63,770 nucleotides of DNA, filler included, from Neophaeotheca triangularis (GCA_054600435.1; 4 parts of 4 records of this genome joined end to end with filler, not necessarily neighbours in it), one strand, 5' to 3'. Counted from the first letter of the whole stretch, positions 36,437-49,200 are shown. Numbers and translations: made by a program. Notes: generated by a model from the sequence alone, not told the origin.

Positions 36437-37344
36437 TTAAGAAACGCCCACACTAACCCTCGCCCTCTTCCGACTACTACCTCCCTGACTCTGCGCCTCA
36501 TGCTTCGAACTGCGCTTCTCCTGCGCATCCAGCACAAGACTAAGCACGTCGAACCCAAACTGCGGGAACTCCAGACACATGCGCTTAAACTCCGCTTCGG
36601 CCTCGTGACGCAGCACATGACTCCTGGTCGCCCAGAAAGCCGCGACCGGTTTCCGGATATCCGTGTCCGTCGTCTGCGTCTCGCTGTACACGAAACGCGC
36701 GTATGCAATCTCGCCCTTGGCCGTGGATTGCGTAAGGTGGATCTTCTTGTGAGCCAAGGCGGCTAGCGAGGGGAGATTGAAGCGTTGTGCGAGAGTGTAG
36801 ACGCGGGCGTGGCGGAGGAGCGCGACGCCGCTGTTGTCTGGGTCTGGGACTGTGGAGTCATCTTCCATGGATTGTGCGCCGTTGAGGGTTGGGAAGTAGT
36901 CGCCTTTGTAGAGGTATTCGAGGACCGAGGCGCAGGCGGTGAGCTCGTCGTTAGGGAGGTTGATGGTGCGCGCGGTTTGCGCAGGCGTAAAGTGGGAGCA
37001 TTCTGTTGCGAGGTGAGAGGATTGCTCGAGGAGGGCTTGGTGCGCGTGGAGGGTTGCGCTGGTTTCGGAGGGCCCGATTACTAGGTCAACAATTGGGGAT
37101 TGGAGGTAGCTAGACGGGAGGGGGTGGTTAATTGGCGCGTCGCGTGAGAGGTAGGGCGCGCGTACTCTGCGAAGCCCTTTCGCACGGGGACGGTGGGCTC
37201 AATATCTTCGAGACCGGAGGGTTCGCCTGCGTTGGCTGCGCCTTGTTCATATTCAATGTTGGTCGCGGCGCCTTCTGCTTCGCCCATTTCCTCATCGGCA
37301 GCTTGCTCGACTTCTGGGTCCATGACGATCTCGGGGTCTGCCAT
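36437..37344 (-). CDS. BTB/POZ-domain protein; intron 37110-37165
   Basis: YLQSPIVDLVIG..LHAHQALL, VLEYLYKGDY, LLRHARVYTLAQRF, IRKPVAAFWATRSHVLRHEAE. Confidence 0.85.
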
Positions 37345-37985
37345 TGCGTGTCTTGTCTTGTTGGGGCTTGGTATTGTCGCAAAATCTGATTGATCTAATG
37401 CCAAAAAGCTGTAAGAGTGAAGAATGCGACAATCGTATTTCTTAGCAGACGAGACGAAATGTCGAGTGGAGCTTGGGGATTGGGAGGAGCTTGAGCTTGT
37501 CGCGATGGTTGTTGGTGCGCAAGCTCAGAATCACGCTAGCCTGTTCCTGTTGTGAGGCGCATAACCTGGAACAGAGTGAAATGCGTTGCACGACGTAAAT
37601 AGGTACTGCATACCTTATTCCAAAATATTCTCTCTATGAGCTCAAGATGCAAAAGTTGACGGTCAAATTCAACATTTCACTTTACACACTTGCAATAGTG
37701 GGAAACACGGTCTTGAGATCTAAAATACAGTAGCATAGTGAGGCAGATGACGGTACTACTCTTCTGCTTCCCTTCATACCGCTGACTTAACGAGTCCCCA
37801 ACGCCTGGCTAAACGCATCAAAGCTATCAACATAACTCGGGCTGTCCAAAGCCTCGCCCAGAGAGCCTCATAATCCCTTCAACTCCGTTCATCTCCGCCT
37901 TCAACTCTCTCAATCGCATTTTCACCTTCCAACTACCTGCCCCAGCTTATGTCACACCACTTGTGAGTTTCACGACAGTCGATAC

Positions 37986-39322
37986 TCAACGTCCCTCCCT
38001 ACCCCACCCAAGCGCCCTCATCCTCTCTTCGATAGCATTCCAAATCTCCTCCACAACCTCGCGATCCCTCCACCTCGCCCCCTTATCCAACCCCCTGACC
38101 AGCACGCCCCTCCCCCAACCCCTAACGCTATCCGGAATCACCTCCCCAGTCCACCCCACATACACGCCCAGCGCTCTCGCAAAAAGCTCCGCAGGATTCT
38201 GCCACTTGTAATTCTTAAACTGCCACTGCTGTCCTGTAGTGAAAACAGCGACGACGCGATCCCAGTAATCGGGACGGAAGTTTTCGGGAGAGTCGACGAG
38301 AATGAAACGCATGGGTTTCGGGGAGATGGCGGGGAGGGTGCGGGTGAGGTGGAGGAGGTTGGCGCCAGAGACTGATGTCGAAGACGGGTGGACGTACAGA
38401 CCGTCCGAGAGGAATGACTTGACATTTTGCATGCCGATGAGCGAGGAGGCGGAGGGCGAGAGCAAGATGATGGGTTCGGGACGACGGCCAGGAGGGGCTT
38501 TGGAACCTGGGCGGAGCGCTGGGTTGGCTGCAAGGGGTGCGGTGGTGCTTCCGTTAGCGCCGGGAGCGGCTTTTTGCGGTTTCAGGAAGAGCGCGCTATA
38601 TTTCTTTACGAAGCTGAAGTCTTGCGCTTTGGCGCCGCGCAGCACCCCGTTACGGTCGCTGAGCACGCGCTCGCCGGCGTAGATTCGCGCTAGCCTGTCC
38701 GCTTCTTGCTCTCTCGCTGCTTTGTCTGTGAGTCCCGCGTCACGCATCTCGACATCCTCGCCCCCACGCGCCGTGGCTGCCGCATCGTCCGCTTCGAGCC
38801 GGGTGATTTTGTTATCGTCAAGGCTGCGGATGAACTCGCTGTCGTCATCCGTACCGCTCAGCCAATTCACCAGGTCCAGCTTTTCCGCGAAAACAAGGTT
38901 GGTGACGGTCTCGTCACTGCCATTTTGTTTCAACTCTTCGTTGAGGCGTTGTGTCGCCGCGATGTACTCTCCCACGCCTTGTTCGCGATTTTGCCAGCAG
39001 AAAAAGACGGACCGGAGGTCTAGAGGTCGTTTTTGTGCGGCGGAGAGGAAACGGGTGGCCTGTTGGGTGGTAAGCAATTTGCGCAAACCCGGGAATGGAT
39101 CATGGTTAGACTCACTTGTGAGAGTGGAATCGAAATATGTTGCGCGCCGTCTGAGGGATCTTGAGTGTTGAAAATGAGGTGGGTTGCCTGCGAAAGTGGT
39201 ACTCCTGCATCGCTGGCATCTGAGGCATCGGGAGAGGAGGCAGGGATGGCTGGCGATTCGGTAGTTATGGATGTTTTGAGAAGGTGGAGAGGATCGGGCG
39301 GAAGACCTTCGGTGGAGTTCAT
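37986..39322 (-). CDS. CDC73: Paf1 complex subunit Cdc73; intron ~39060-39115
   Basis: DPLHLLK N-terminus; PIILLSPSASSLI..NVKSFL, YWDRVVAVFTTGQQWQFKNYKW. Confidence 0.93.
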
Positions 39323-40681
39323 GGTTATGGTGAGGTTGGAAATGGGCGATGAATCGCGACGGAATGTCAAAAATGGTCGAGATAAGGTATCGAGAGCTTG
39401 CAGAATGATGAAGGTCGCGGAACGCGTTTGGGAGAGGTAGGGAAAGTTCGCCGATATAGTAGAGCTTGGACCAACAATCTCAACTTCACTTCAATGCTAC
39501 CCAGTCTCAGCCAGTCAACCGGACTGCTTCAGATGGTCTGCTACATGATGACCATATTGACCTCGTCACTCTTACTATAGCGCTCAAACCTGAACGTGGT
39601 TTTCAATTCGTCGTTGTTTTCGTGCAGGTTGCTACGAGCACTGCATGACTCTGTCTACCTCACCCGTTTCAACAACATGGCAAACCTCACGAGTAATCAC
39701 ACTCGGTCGATTTACATCTCATCTGGATTAGCCTTAACAAAATGGCCTGGCAAAATGGCCTGGATTACGATCATGTCCCACAAGGATGATCATGATTTCT
39801 TTGAAGAATGACCATTTGCTCTCAGTCCATTCCCGGCAGACCCGACGAAACGCAATTTCGAGGGAGCAGGAAAACGGCGAGGCCTGTCGGTCGCAGCCTC
39901 CACCACCTCTCGCCTGATGTATGAAAGGTGATCGCCAGGGACGGATCCAATGTTGCTCTGGATTTGCAACGGTAAGCCCGGGAGCAGCAGACGAACAGAG
40001 CTGCAGCCCGAACGCGTGGCTCTGGCAAGTCCCCGGCCGCTTCCTCTGGTCTCACCACTTTGTCACGCCAAGAGATTCAAAATCACTGTTCAAAGCAAAA
40101 AAGTCCATCGACTAGCGTTTGCCCACAAGAGCCAATCACAGGGTCGCCTGCCAAACACCTGGAAAGGCACTTGCCAGGGATGCAATCTACACAATTCGGA
40201 AACTGGAAAAAGTCGTCTCCAGCTTGTCCCCGGCGACTTTGGCTCGTACCACGACTTACTTTTCATGGCAGGCTAGTAGATGCTAATAATGCCAAGAACG
40301 TCCACCGGCTAGCGCGCAAGGTTTTGGGCCAACAAGTCAGCAGCGTTTGACTGGCCTTGAAACCGGCTCGCCAGGGACGATTATCACCTATGGCTAAATA
40401 ATCCAATTTCAAGGGCTCGGTTCATACCGAGTATCTTTTGGCTCATTCGAGAGATTTTTTTAACTCAAATGCTAAGAATGGCATTAGAAGCTACTACACT
40501 TCCTAAGAACCGAGAAACCAAACGAAAAGGAAATGAATTGAACAGCCCTAAGGAACTTCATGGATCACCGCCCGTCCCGCTCCCCTAATTCCCTTCCTTT
40601 CTTCTTGTCAAGTCTTCCCCGATCCACCTCACCTCCATCCTCATCCTCTAGTCCACCCTGCATCCCAACGTCATCTTTACC

Positions 40682-42472
40682 CTAGAACGCCTCGCAATTT
40701 TTCATCCGCCCTTGAGCACCTTCCCTCCTTCCCTCCATATACAACAAATTCTCCGTAGCAGATGCGCCAGCAGCCACGCGAGCGAGTTTGTCATTCATTG
40801 CTGCCAAGCGCGCTTTCTTCTCACGAACGGTGACGGGTCGAGGGGTTGGGTGGCTGGAATCTTCAGGTGGGTTGGTGAGCGTGGACTCGTGAATTTTGCT
40901 GGAATTTCCGGAGTCGATGTCGGTGTCGGTGTCGGTGGTGTTGACGCTGGTAACATTGTGGCAGCCTGCCGAGAGTGAAGGGTCGGGTTCCGTCTGCATC
41001 CGAGCGTTGTGGTGAAGGCGAGGGGAATCGACCACATCGCCCGGAGTTTGGGCTGGGGTGCGGTCGTTGTGGTCATTGGTGGCGTCGCTGGCGTGGAAGC
41101 TACAAGAACTGGACCCGTACTCCGCAGCGGCGGCGGCCGTCTCGCCACTTGGTTCCGCGCTCCAACCTCCGCGGCTCCGGAAGTCATGCGTGCGGATCTG
41201 AAGTTGTGCCATGCCGCTTTGGCATACACCAGGTGGAGAGTGGAAACTGGAACCCGGACCGTGAACCGCTCGAGCTGGCTGGTCGGTCAATTCGGCCAAA
41301 TTCCAAGCCGAAGGCATTGAATTCGCGACTATCGAGCTGTGCATGAGGTTAGAGGAACCGAAGGGGTTGGCCCTATGGTTTTGGCTCAGCGCAGACAAGC
41401 TTTCTTCCGGGTCACTGGAAGCCCAAGCCCGAGGCGCGAACTTCGCATGGCCTGTGCTGATGTTGGAATTGGAATCGACCTCTGAACGGGGATTTTGAGT
41501 GTGCTTCTGCGCTCTTGGCGGGGCGTGGAGCCAGGGAGCAAAAAGAGGAAGTTCAGCAGCGATAGGGGACGCGAGATGGCCGTCTTGATGGTGGCGGGGA
41601 CTATGTTGGGTACCACCGAAGGGAATTTGGTGCGGGCTTGAGTGAGTGGTGAGCAAAGAGCCGGAGGTATCCCCGGGGCCAATGTTAGGAGAAAAAGCAC
41701 TTTGGGTTGTTATCGGTCCCCAAAGGCTGCGTGGTGGGCCTGTTGGTGTCTCCTCTACCTCATGCGGGTTCTGGGGCCGGAACAAGCCTCCAAGTCGAGG
41801 AGACCCAGGTGATCCGCCAGTGGCTTTTCCCAACTTGCCAGCGTGATCAAAGAAACCATGGTACCCGAAAACGTCGCCTGGGCCATTGGAGACTTCTACC
41901 GGTCGCAAAGAGGCATAAGCGTCATGACCGTCTCCAGGACCGCCCCCGATCATCTCATTCGCCCTATGCCCTCGCAAAGACTCCGACTCGCCACTCCTAA
42001 AGCCATGTCCCCCAGACCCCAGCCCAGACAACGTCTGATTCACACCAGAAACCTCACCACTGCACCCAGTAAACGCCCCCACACCTCCACCACCCATTCC
42101 CCACAACCTCCCCTCCCTCTCCAAGAACAAATCATCCGCGACCCTCCTCTCCCAACCCTCCAACGGGTCCAACACCAAAGCCTTCAACTCCTCAAAAGCA
42201 CTAGACCCAATCTTCATCAATTCCACCAAGACTCCCGCCTCAGGAGAGAAATGTCTTCCCGCGGCTGCTCCGCGGACTAGAGGCTCGTCGAGGATGAGTT
42301 TGATAGTCTCGACAGCTTTGGCGCGGCGTTGGCGTTTGGGTTGTTTGAGCTCGATGTCGAGGAAGATGTCTTGGTTGATGCGGGCGAGGGTGTGGAGGTT
42401 GTGGAGGCGGGGGAGGTGAGAGGGGGATGATCGAGGGCTGGGGTGTCTCAAGTTTGGTGAGTTTGGTGGCAT
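40682..42472 (-). CDS. Hypothetical protein (596 aa), helical N-terminus plus disordered S/P/H-rich remainder
   Basis: Long ATG-initiated ORF; no recognised motif. Confidence 0.6.
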   Translation of the reverse strand: MPPNSPNLRHPSPRSSPSHLPRLHNLHTLARINQDIFLDIELKQPKRQRRAKAVETIKLILDEPLVRGAAAGRHFSPEAGVLVELMKIGSSAFEELKALVLDPLEGWERRVADDLFLEREGRLWGMGGGGVGAFTGCSGEVSGVNQTLSGLGSGGHGFRSGESESLRGHRANEMIGGGPGDGHDAYASLRPVEVSNGPGDVFGYHGFFDHAGKLGKATGGSPGSPRLGGLFRPQNPHEVEETPTGPPRSLWGPITTQSAFSPNIGPGDTSGSLLTTHSSPHQIPFGGTQHSPRHHQDGHLASPIAAELPLFAPWLHAPPRAQKHTQNPRSEVDSNSNISTGHAKFAPRAWASSDPEESLSALSQNHRANPFGSSNLMHSSIVANSMPSAWNLAELTDQPARAVHGPGSSFHSPPGVCQSGMAQLQIRTHDFRSRGGWSAEPSGETAAAAAEYGSSSCSFHASDATNDHNDRTPAQTPGDVVDSPRLHHNARMQTEPDPSLSAGCHNVTSVNTTDTDTDIDSGNSSKIHESTLTNPPEDSSHPTPRPVTVREKKARLAAMNDKLARVAAGASATENLLYMEGRREGAQGRMKNCEAF

Positions 42473-42852
42473 TTTCGCGATCTGGGATCCTGGTGATTTC
42501 GTGTTGGTGACGGGTTGGGGAGAGTGATGGTCGATGAAATGACGGAGGGGGACTTAACTCTAGGCTAGGTTGTGCTTTGATGGGTATGGAGCAAACTTGT
42601 CGCTTGGATGGCTCTTTGTCTCTGGCCGGAAAGCGTTCTGATAGACTCATGGGAACAAGGATACGGAAAACACACACAGCTTGCTTCATTATTACTGTCG
42701 AGCCATCCTACAAATCGAAGAACCAAGAAACAGGCAAGGCAACAGGAGCAGCAGATGGGGGAAAATCAAACGCCGCTGCCACCCTCGAGCCGGCCACACG
42801 CAAACCACAAAAGATCCACGGCATCCACGCCACCCTCAGCACCTCTCCTTCT

Positions 42853-43272
42853 TCACGCACCCACTCCACCGCAATTCTCAAACCCGACCCTCTCAACCCC
42901 CACCTCCACCCTCCCCAAAAACCCCGCCTGCCCTCCGGTCAAAGCATCCATCGCAACCCTCCCGACATTCAATCCCGCAGCCGCCCTATCAACCCCCAAG
43001 ACATAAATCCTCCTCCCGCCGTACTGTACTTCGTAACACTGCCCGCAATTCTCGCTGTTCCAGCCTGCAATCTCCTCCGAGCCGCCGATGTACGGGAAAT
43101 TGGGGATCGAGGCCTGGAGTTGCCAGTTGTAGCGGGTTGTGAGGCCGTTGGGGCCGTCGGAGCAGGCGATGCTGGTTAGAGGCCTGTTGGGGTCGTCGTA
43201 GCCGGTGTCGTAGGAGAGGGTGAGGGCTGTTGTTAGGGCTGGGAGAAGGGGGAGGAGGTGGGAGGGGTACAT
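42853..43272 (-). CDS. Cerato-platanin (SnodProt1-like) secreted protein
   Basis: Signal peptide, SYDTGYDD, ACSDGPNGL, IAGWNSENCGQCY, AMDALTGGQA; four Cys. Confidence 0.95.
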   Translation of the reverse strand: MYPSHLLPLLPALTTALTLSYDTGYDDPNRPLTSIACSDGPNGLTTRYNWQLQASIPNFPYIGGSEEIAGWNSENCGQCYEVQYGGRRIYVLGVDRAAAGLNVGRVAMDALTGGQAGFLGRVEVGVERVGFENCGGVGA

Positions 43273-44463
43273 GGTTAGGGTGCTTGGGGTTCGGGCCCGG
43301 AAGTCAAAGGGTGACTGTATGTTGGGTGGCGATGTTGCTCTGAGGTCCTGGATCGGGATGCTGACGGGTGGTGTCTCAGCTCGATCTTGCTGGTCTCGTT
43401 AGAGACGATGTTTTCGAACGGATGGATCGAAAGTCGGGGAACAGAATGAGACTTCTCCCCCTTCTTTATACCCCTTCAGTATCAGCATCGGCTCACCAAA
43501 GCGATCGAGACCATGCAACTACGCGGCTGGCCATACTCGTTACCAGCCCTAGCCTCTAGCCACGATGAGCCACCCTCACGCTATCGCTGCGATCCGCATA
43601 CCGTTCTCTAGCCCACCTGCCACTGCAGCTCCGTAGCAAGGTCCATAGCTAGCAGCATAGCTCAGAAAGTCTACTAGCCATCCTAGAGTAAACACAAGCC
43701 TCGCGCAACAACAAGCTACATTCATCGCTCGGCCGTGTCTCAAGCCCACAGCCAGAACTGACCACGCATGCCGTGCGAACGAGTAAAACCAGCAAAAGGC
43801 CCAAAACAACGGCACGAGGCAAGATCGGCATCACTGTCGTCGTCGTCGTCGTCGTCCGCTTCTCAGTGCCGCCAAGTCGTTTGTGCGACTTGCAGCTATA
43901 TAAGCTCGAAACGCAACCATGCTGGGATGGATGGAATTCGGGGCCCGCAGAAGCCCTCGACGCTGAGCGACATTGCACAGTCGTCTCTCGTCCGTCGTTC
44001 GCTCCCTCGATTGCGCCTTCGAGCGCTCTTTCTGCTTAGGACGACGACTCTTGTAGCTCCGCAGTCGCCACGGGTATGTCGTGCATGAGCCCGGGAAAGA
44101 TGCAGCGAGCCGTGCAGCTGTCCCGTGAGAGACGTACTAGGTACCCTAGCGGAAACCAGCAGACCATTCAAAAATAGAAGAAGCCCCTTTCCGATAAGGT
44201 AGGTCATGGTCCAACCAGATGGTACGATGGTACCAATTGACAGACCATGAGCACTTGCGACGCAAACAGCAAAAACACACCCGACAGCTCACGTGGGAAA
44301 AAAAATAAAAAGCAGCTACAGCAGCTGGCAACACCACTACCAACCGCCGCGGGGCCTGGAAATCCACAGAACGAAAACAACTGCACCACCTCCCAAACCC
44401 TCGACCTCCTCCGTGAGCACAAGACTGCGGTGGCAGTACGGGTTCCCGGCCCGCTTCGGCAGC

Positions 44464-46281
44464 TCATGACCCGACCAAACCCAACCCCGACCCCAAACCC
44501 CTGAAAACCCACCCCACGAACCCCAGCACTCTCGCAACCGCTCCTCCGACTTCCACAACCACGGCCAACACCAACAGCATGACCAAGACTTGCCCGCAAA
44601 GCGACAAGACCGCTTTCAGCGCCTCGAGCTTCTGCCGCGGGGAAGCATTGGCCGCCGTCAGAGCTTCCAGCGCCCCGAGACGGGGGAGGGAGATTTGCCG
44701 GACGAGGGATGCCAGGGCTGAGAGTAGGATGAGGAGCGTGGAGAGCAGGAGGTCCAGGGCTTGGGATTGCGGGTGCTGGGTGGCAGAGGCGGGGTCGGAG
44801 GCGGTGGGTTGGGGGTCGAAGAGCGACCAGCGCGGGTAAGGGACGGGGGTGACTTTGCGGGTTTGCGTCGAGGTGGTGCAGGTGGCCGTTGTGGGGTCCG
44901 GGGTGCAGCCTAGGGAGCAGGTGCGGCGGGCTGGTTGGGTGGAGGGGCGTGGTTTGCTGGCTTGGGCTGGGTGGACGAGGCGGACGCGTGGGAGTTGCTG
45001 GCTTAGGGGTTGCGGGGTGGAGTCGGGGCTTGTAGGGCGGGTTTGGCAGGTTTGGCGTGCTTGAGGGTTGGCTTTGCCGTGGCCGTCAACGAGCTCTCGC
45101 GGTTTGAGGTCTGGCCTTTGATCTGTCGTCGTTGAAGCTGTGTCTCCGTAGGCTCCAGGCATTGTGCGCATCGCCGTATACTTGGTCTCGGGCTCCCGTC
45201 TCGCAGGCGTCTTGGGCGAGCTAAAAGGCGCAAACGTAGCAGGGCTGATCTGCGGGCTTGAGACAACGTCTTCGTCCTCCCCGACTACAGCCCCCCGACT
45301 CCCCTCCCTAAGCGAAGCCTTCGCAGCATTCCCACTACAAGCCCTCAACGCACGACTAGCCTGCGCAAACTTCTCATGCCCACTACCGCACAGAAGCGGC
45401 GAAACCCTCCTCCCACTAATGGGCGAAACCTTCCTCACGCCACCGACAACTACGCTCCCTGCCGAAGTCTTCCTCACGCCACCACTACAGACGAGTCTCT
45501 GATCATAGCCCTCAGCACTCGTCTTCCTAGTCTTGGAGCGATAATGCTCCAACGCCTCGATCTGCCCGGCGGAGAAACCGGGATACTCGAAAGGCTGCGG
45601 CTCCGCGGCCGAAGGCATATTCATGACAAACTGGTCATCGCCTAGGACTCGGGGACCGCGGGGTTTTGTCGCAGGCGGCCGTGTCTTCGCGACGGAAATG
45701 TCGGTAGTGGTGGTGACGCGCGGCGATGCTGGCGCCGCTGCAGCGCCGACGAGCGCTGCCGTGAACCAGTGTTTGCCCTGGCTGTCGAGTTTGCGGCCCT
45801 CGTTGGCGCGACTGAGGAGCGGGCGGCAGCGTTTCGCGACTGCGAGAGTGGGTGAGCCGTTTTCTGCCGTCTTTTGTTGTTGGCTGGACAGCTTGAGCGC
45901 TTCGGCTGGTGAGCCCGGTGTCCCCGGGGAACGCGGTGTGGTGACATGGACGGAGGGGGAGATTAGGCCGGTGCGTGGGTTGGCGGCGCGCGCTGTGATG
46001 TAGTCGTCGCTGTCTTTCATGCGCATTTTGGGGCGAAGGGGTGTTGTGAGCGAGCGATCCTTTGGTGGCGAGGGTATAGTGGGCTTCCTGAAGGCTTCCT
46101 TGCAGAAGATCCTTTTGATTTTGCGGGCAAGCGTGTTTTCTGAGGCTGCGCGATGCGGAGGTGGAAAGAGGGCGGGATATTCATGAATGGGAAAGTCGCT
46201 CGCGGATATTGTAGGTATTGTAGGTATTGTATCTTTATGGATATGCACGCTGGCAATGTTCTTCCGGCCTTCAGTCGCCAT
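44464..46281 (-). CDS. Hypothetical protein with a DDYITARAANPRTGLISPS motif and C-terminal hydrophobic helices
   Basis: About 605-aa ORF, mostly disordered, with two TM-like segments at the C-terminus; start uncertain. Confidence 0.7.
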   Translation of the reverse strand: MATEGRKNIASVHIHKDTIPTIPTISASDFPIHEYPALFPPPHRAASENTLARKIKRIFCKEAFRKPTIPSPPKDRSLTTPLRPKMRMKDSDDYITARAANPRTGLISPSVHVTTPRSPGTPGSPAEALKLSSQQQKTAENGSPTLAVAKRCRPLLSRANEGRKLDSQGKHWFTAALVGAAAAPASPRVTTTTDISVAKTRPPATKPRGPRVLGDDQFVMNMPSAAEPQPFEYPGFSAGQIEALEHYRSKTRKTSAEGYDQRLVCSGGVRKTSAGSVVVGGVRKVSPISGRRVSPLLCGSGHEKFAQASRALRACSGNAAKASLREGSRGAVVGEDEDVVSSPQISPATFAPFSSPKTPARREPETKYTAMRTMPGAYGDTASTTTDQRPDLKPRELVDGHGKANPQARQTCQTRPTSPDSTPQPLSQQLPRVRLVHPAQASKPRPSTQPARRTCSLGCTPDPTTATCTTSTQTRKVTPVPYPRWSLFDPQPTASDPASATQHPQSQALDLLLSTLLILLSALASLVRQISLPRLGALEALTAANASPRQKLEALKAVLSLCGQVLVMLLVLAVVVEVGGAVARVLGFVGWVFRGLGSGLGLVGS

Positions 46282-49200
46282 GTGTACGGCAGGAATGTGA
46301 TTCGAATGGCGAAGCAACCAGAGATGTTGGGAAAGGTTCTGGAATGTGATATCGCTACTCCGGCTTCAAGGCTATCGTTGCAACAGTGCGGTTCCATGCA
46401 AGTGCTTGGATAGGATGCGATATCGAGGAAGGCGCTTGTTACAACCCCTCCAAGTCGGAGTCGATATCGAAATACAACGGCCTTTTGATCTCCACAACCT
46501 CTCTTACTGTAACACTCATTCGAGGAACACTCGGGATACGAACAGCATTTCTGCACCTTTCGCCGTCAACGCCCAAGACTGCTAACTACAAGTCACACCT
46601 CTATCAGAAGGCGCCAGCACATCCCGGTCCGATGTAGGTTACGGGACGAAACGACATGCGCTCTGAAGAAGCGCAGACAGGGAAGAAGCCTCGCACTGGG
46701 CTTGAGAAGAAGCAAAAGCACGAAATAGCAACGCTGTCCGCGCCGGATTGAGGTTGTAGGCTCCAAGGCTCGAATGTCGTGTCTTTCTCCTCATTGCAAA
46801 CCAGCAAAATAAGACACACCAGTAACTCACCTTCCAAACCTACCTGATGACAAAGGGAGCAATGATGGAGTACATTGCTCTCACGGCCAGCCGGCAGCCA
46901 AACAGTAAACTTGATCAGGGTTGTTACAACTGACGACGAGCATAACAACCCCCTCGACCCTAATATCGCCAATGCGCAAGCAAATCCCCAAATCGCCCGA
47001 TGGGTGCACGCCAACCGTGCTCACTCATCTGTTAGATTGAACGAGTCGCGTGCTCGCAAGAACCATCCCACCCTCTTGCACAAGCCAAAAGTAACCAGAA
47101 ACGCAGCACTCGCCCGTAGGCAGTCGCAACAAAATCCCGCGAAACAAAGGTAACCCTACCACAGTACTCACATATCACATAACCCTCACCGCTCGCCACC
47201 TACACCCACAAAGACACCAAAACGCGGTGGCAGTCGAGAACTTACCCCCAACAAAAAAAAACCACCAATCGAACCCGCGCCGCCAACCTTTAAAAGCCAG
47301 CGACTCAGCCATCTCGACCAACCCGCCCCATCACCAAGCGCCAACAAGCCTTGCGCGATCCCACCGCAGCAGACAGGCGCAAGCACCACTAAGGTAAGGT
47401 ATCGAGACAAGAAACGCAAACCAAAGCGAAAGCGCTCAAGTGGTAACAACAGCAGCGAACGGTCCAGGTCGGACGCCTCCAACGCCACGTCGCGCGGGAC
47501 TTAATTGCGGCGAAAGCCAGGACGGGCGGGCGGGCGGGCTTTTTGGCGACTTGGCTGCGCGACTTTTTTAATCTTCTCAATTGTAAATTGTTATTGTCAT
47601 GATGGTTTTCCGTTCGCCGTCGCTTGCGAGGCACTATTGCGGTAGGGGTGGGTGGTAATGATTAGTAGAGATGGGACGGCGCGGCGTGGAGCGGTAAGAA
47701 AGCAAGGACGTGATGAGCTGGCTGGGTGAGTGGTGTAGTGAAGAAGGGGGAAAGTAGCGAGAGAGCGGACCCAGAGACCCGAGGGAACACGAGCGGCTTC
47801 GTTACTCGGGCGCGCGTTGGATTTTTGTTTTTGTTTTTGTTTTAATTTTTAATTTTTTTTTTGCAGCTTCGGTAACGTTGGCTGGCAGCACGCACAGTAT
47901 AGCACAACAGTCGCATGCGACGCGAGAGTGACCGGCTTTGCCTGGAAAAGAAATTTTACGTGAAAGCCGTCGTTGGGGTCGCGCTGGGAGAGAGAGATTT
48001 TTTTCTCCCCCCCCCCCGATAGTTAATTGTGGGGGTGCGTGATGATGGTTTCTCCTGTCGCGGCTCCACGCCACGACCGCATTCTTCTATATTTCCGCGG
48101 TGGTTTGGCTGGGGAGAGGAGAGAGAGGGGTGGAGGGAAGTCGGTAGGAGGGTCCTTCCTTCCGAGTCCCGAGAGCGACGACTCGCGAGAGCTGTCAGAT
48201 TTTTTTTTTTCTTGTTTCTTTGCTTGTCAAGATGCCAAGGGGTGGGAGTGTGGGTGGGAAAAAGGCTTGGAAGGGAGAAGAGTTTTTGTAACAGAGCGGG
48301 ACGAGTTGGGCGGTAGGGGTTTGTCGGGGAGATAAGCGGGTCGAGCTATCTAGATGATATTATCATTACTCGGGGTGGGAGGGCTGGGTTAAGATTTGTA
48401 GTTGGTTACTGTCATCAGGTATTTTGATTATCGGCATGTAGGTATTCGTGTGGTTGGGCTTCTAGAAGGATGGGAAGGCTGGAAGTGCGGGCTTTTTGGG
48501 TTGCGGCATTTTTGCCTACTCTGTGTGAGTCTGTCTGCATGGCTGCAGCCTCCAGGTGGCTTGCAAGTTCAACGAGAGGTTGAAAGGATGGAAACTACTA
48601 CTGCTGCTGCTTGCTTTCAGTCGCGTGTTCGGCACGCTGCAGCTAAGGTCAAATCCTACTTCTAGTTATTCATTGGCTGGTAAGGTACCTACCTATTATT
48701 GCCATGGCAATCGGAATCGTCGACCGAACGGCTTCAAAGGTCGGCATGTTGGAGCAGCCGGACTGCTGTACCGAACTGCCCAAGCAGCGCGACATTTCCG
48801 TTCGCTACAGGCGCCTAAGCTTGTCTTTCGAATATGAGTACTAAAGACTAGTGAGGCTATCGCGCTAGTCGGGCAGCGCCGGAAGACGGAGAAGTCGTGC
48901 TACGAACGGGCCAGCAGCATGTGTAGCTAGTAGACCGGTAGGTAGTAGTAGTAGTAGTAGTAAGGGTGGGGATCACGTCACAAGCACTGCCAAGCCCCCG
49001 TTCGTCTACTCACAAGCAATTCGGGATGCTCTACCTGCCGTCATGGGTGGAGACACTGGAGATAGGATCACAATAATAATCAATTCATCGGCCTCTAATG
49101 TAGGTGCGCGACTTGCGAGCCTCGTCGCGTAACCGCTAGCTAGGATGGCATTGGCATGCTACTGCCCCAACCAGTTTCATTTTAGCATCAAGACGAAGCC

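Noticed and set aside
39600..40350. Possible decayed gene with a 13-bp tandem duplication (CAAAATGGCCTGG x2)
   Set aside because: No consistent frame or recognisable motif
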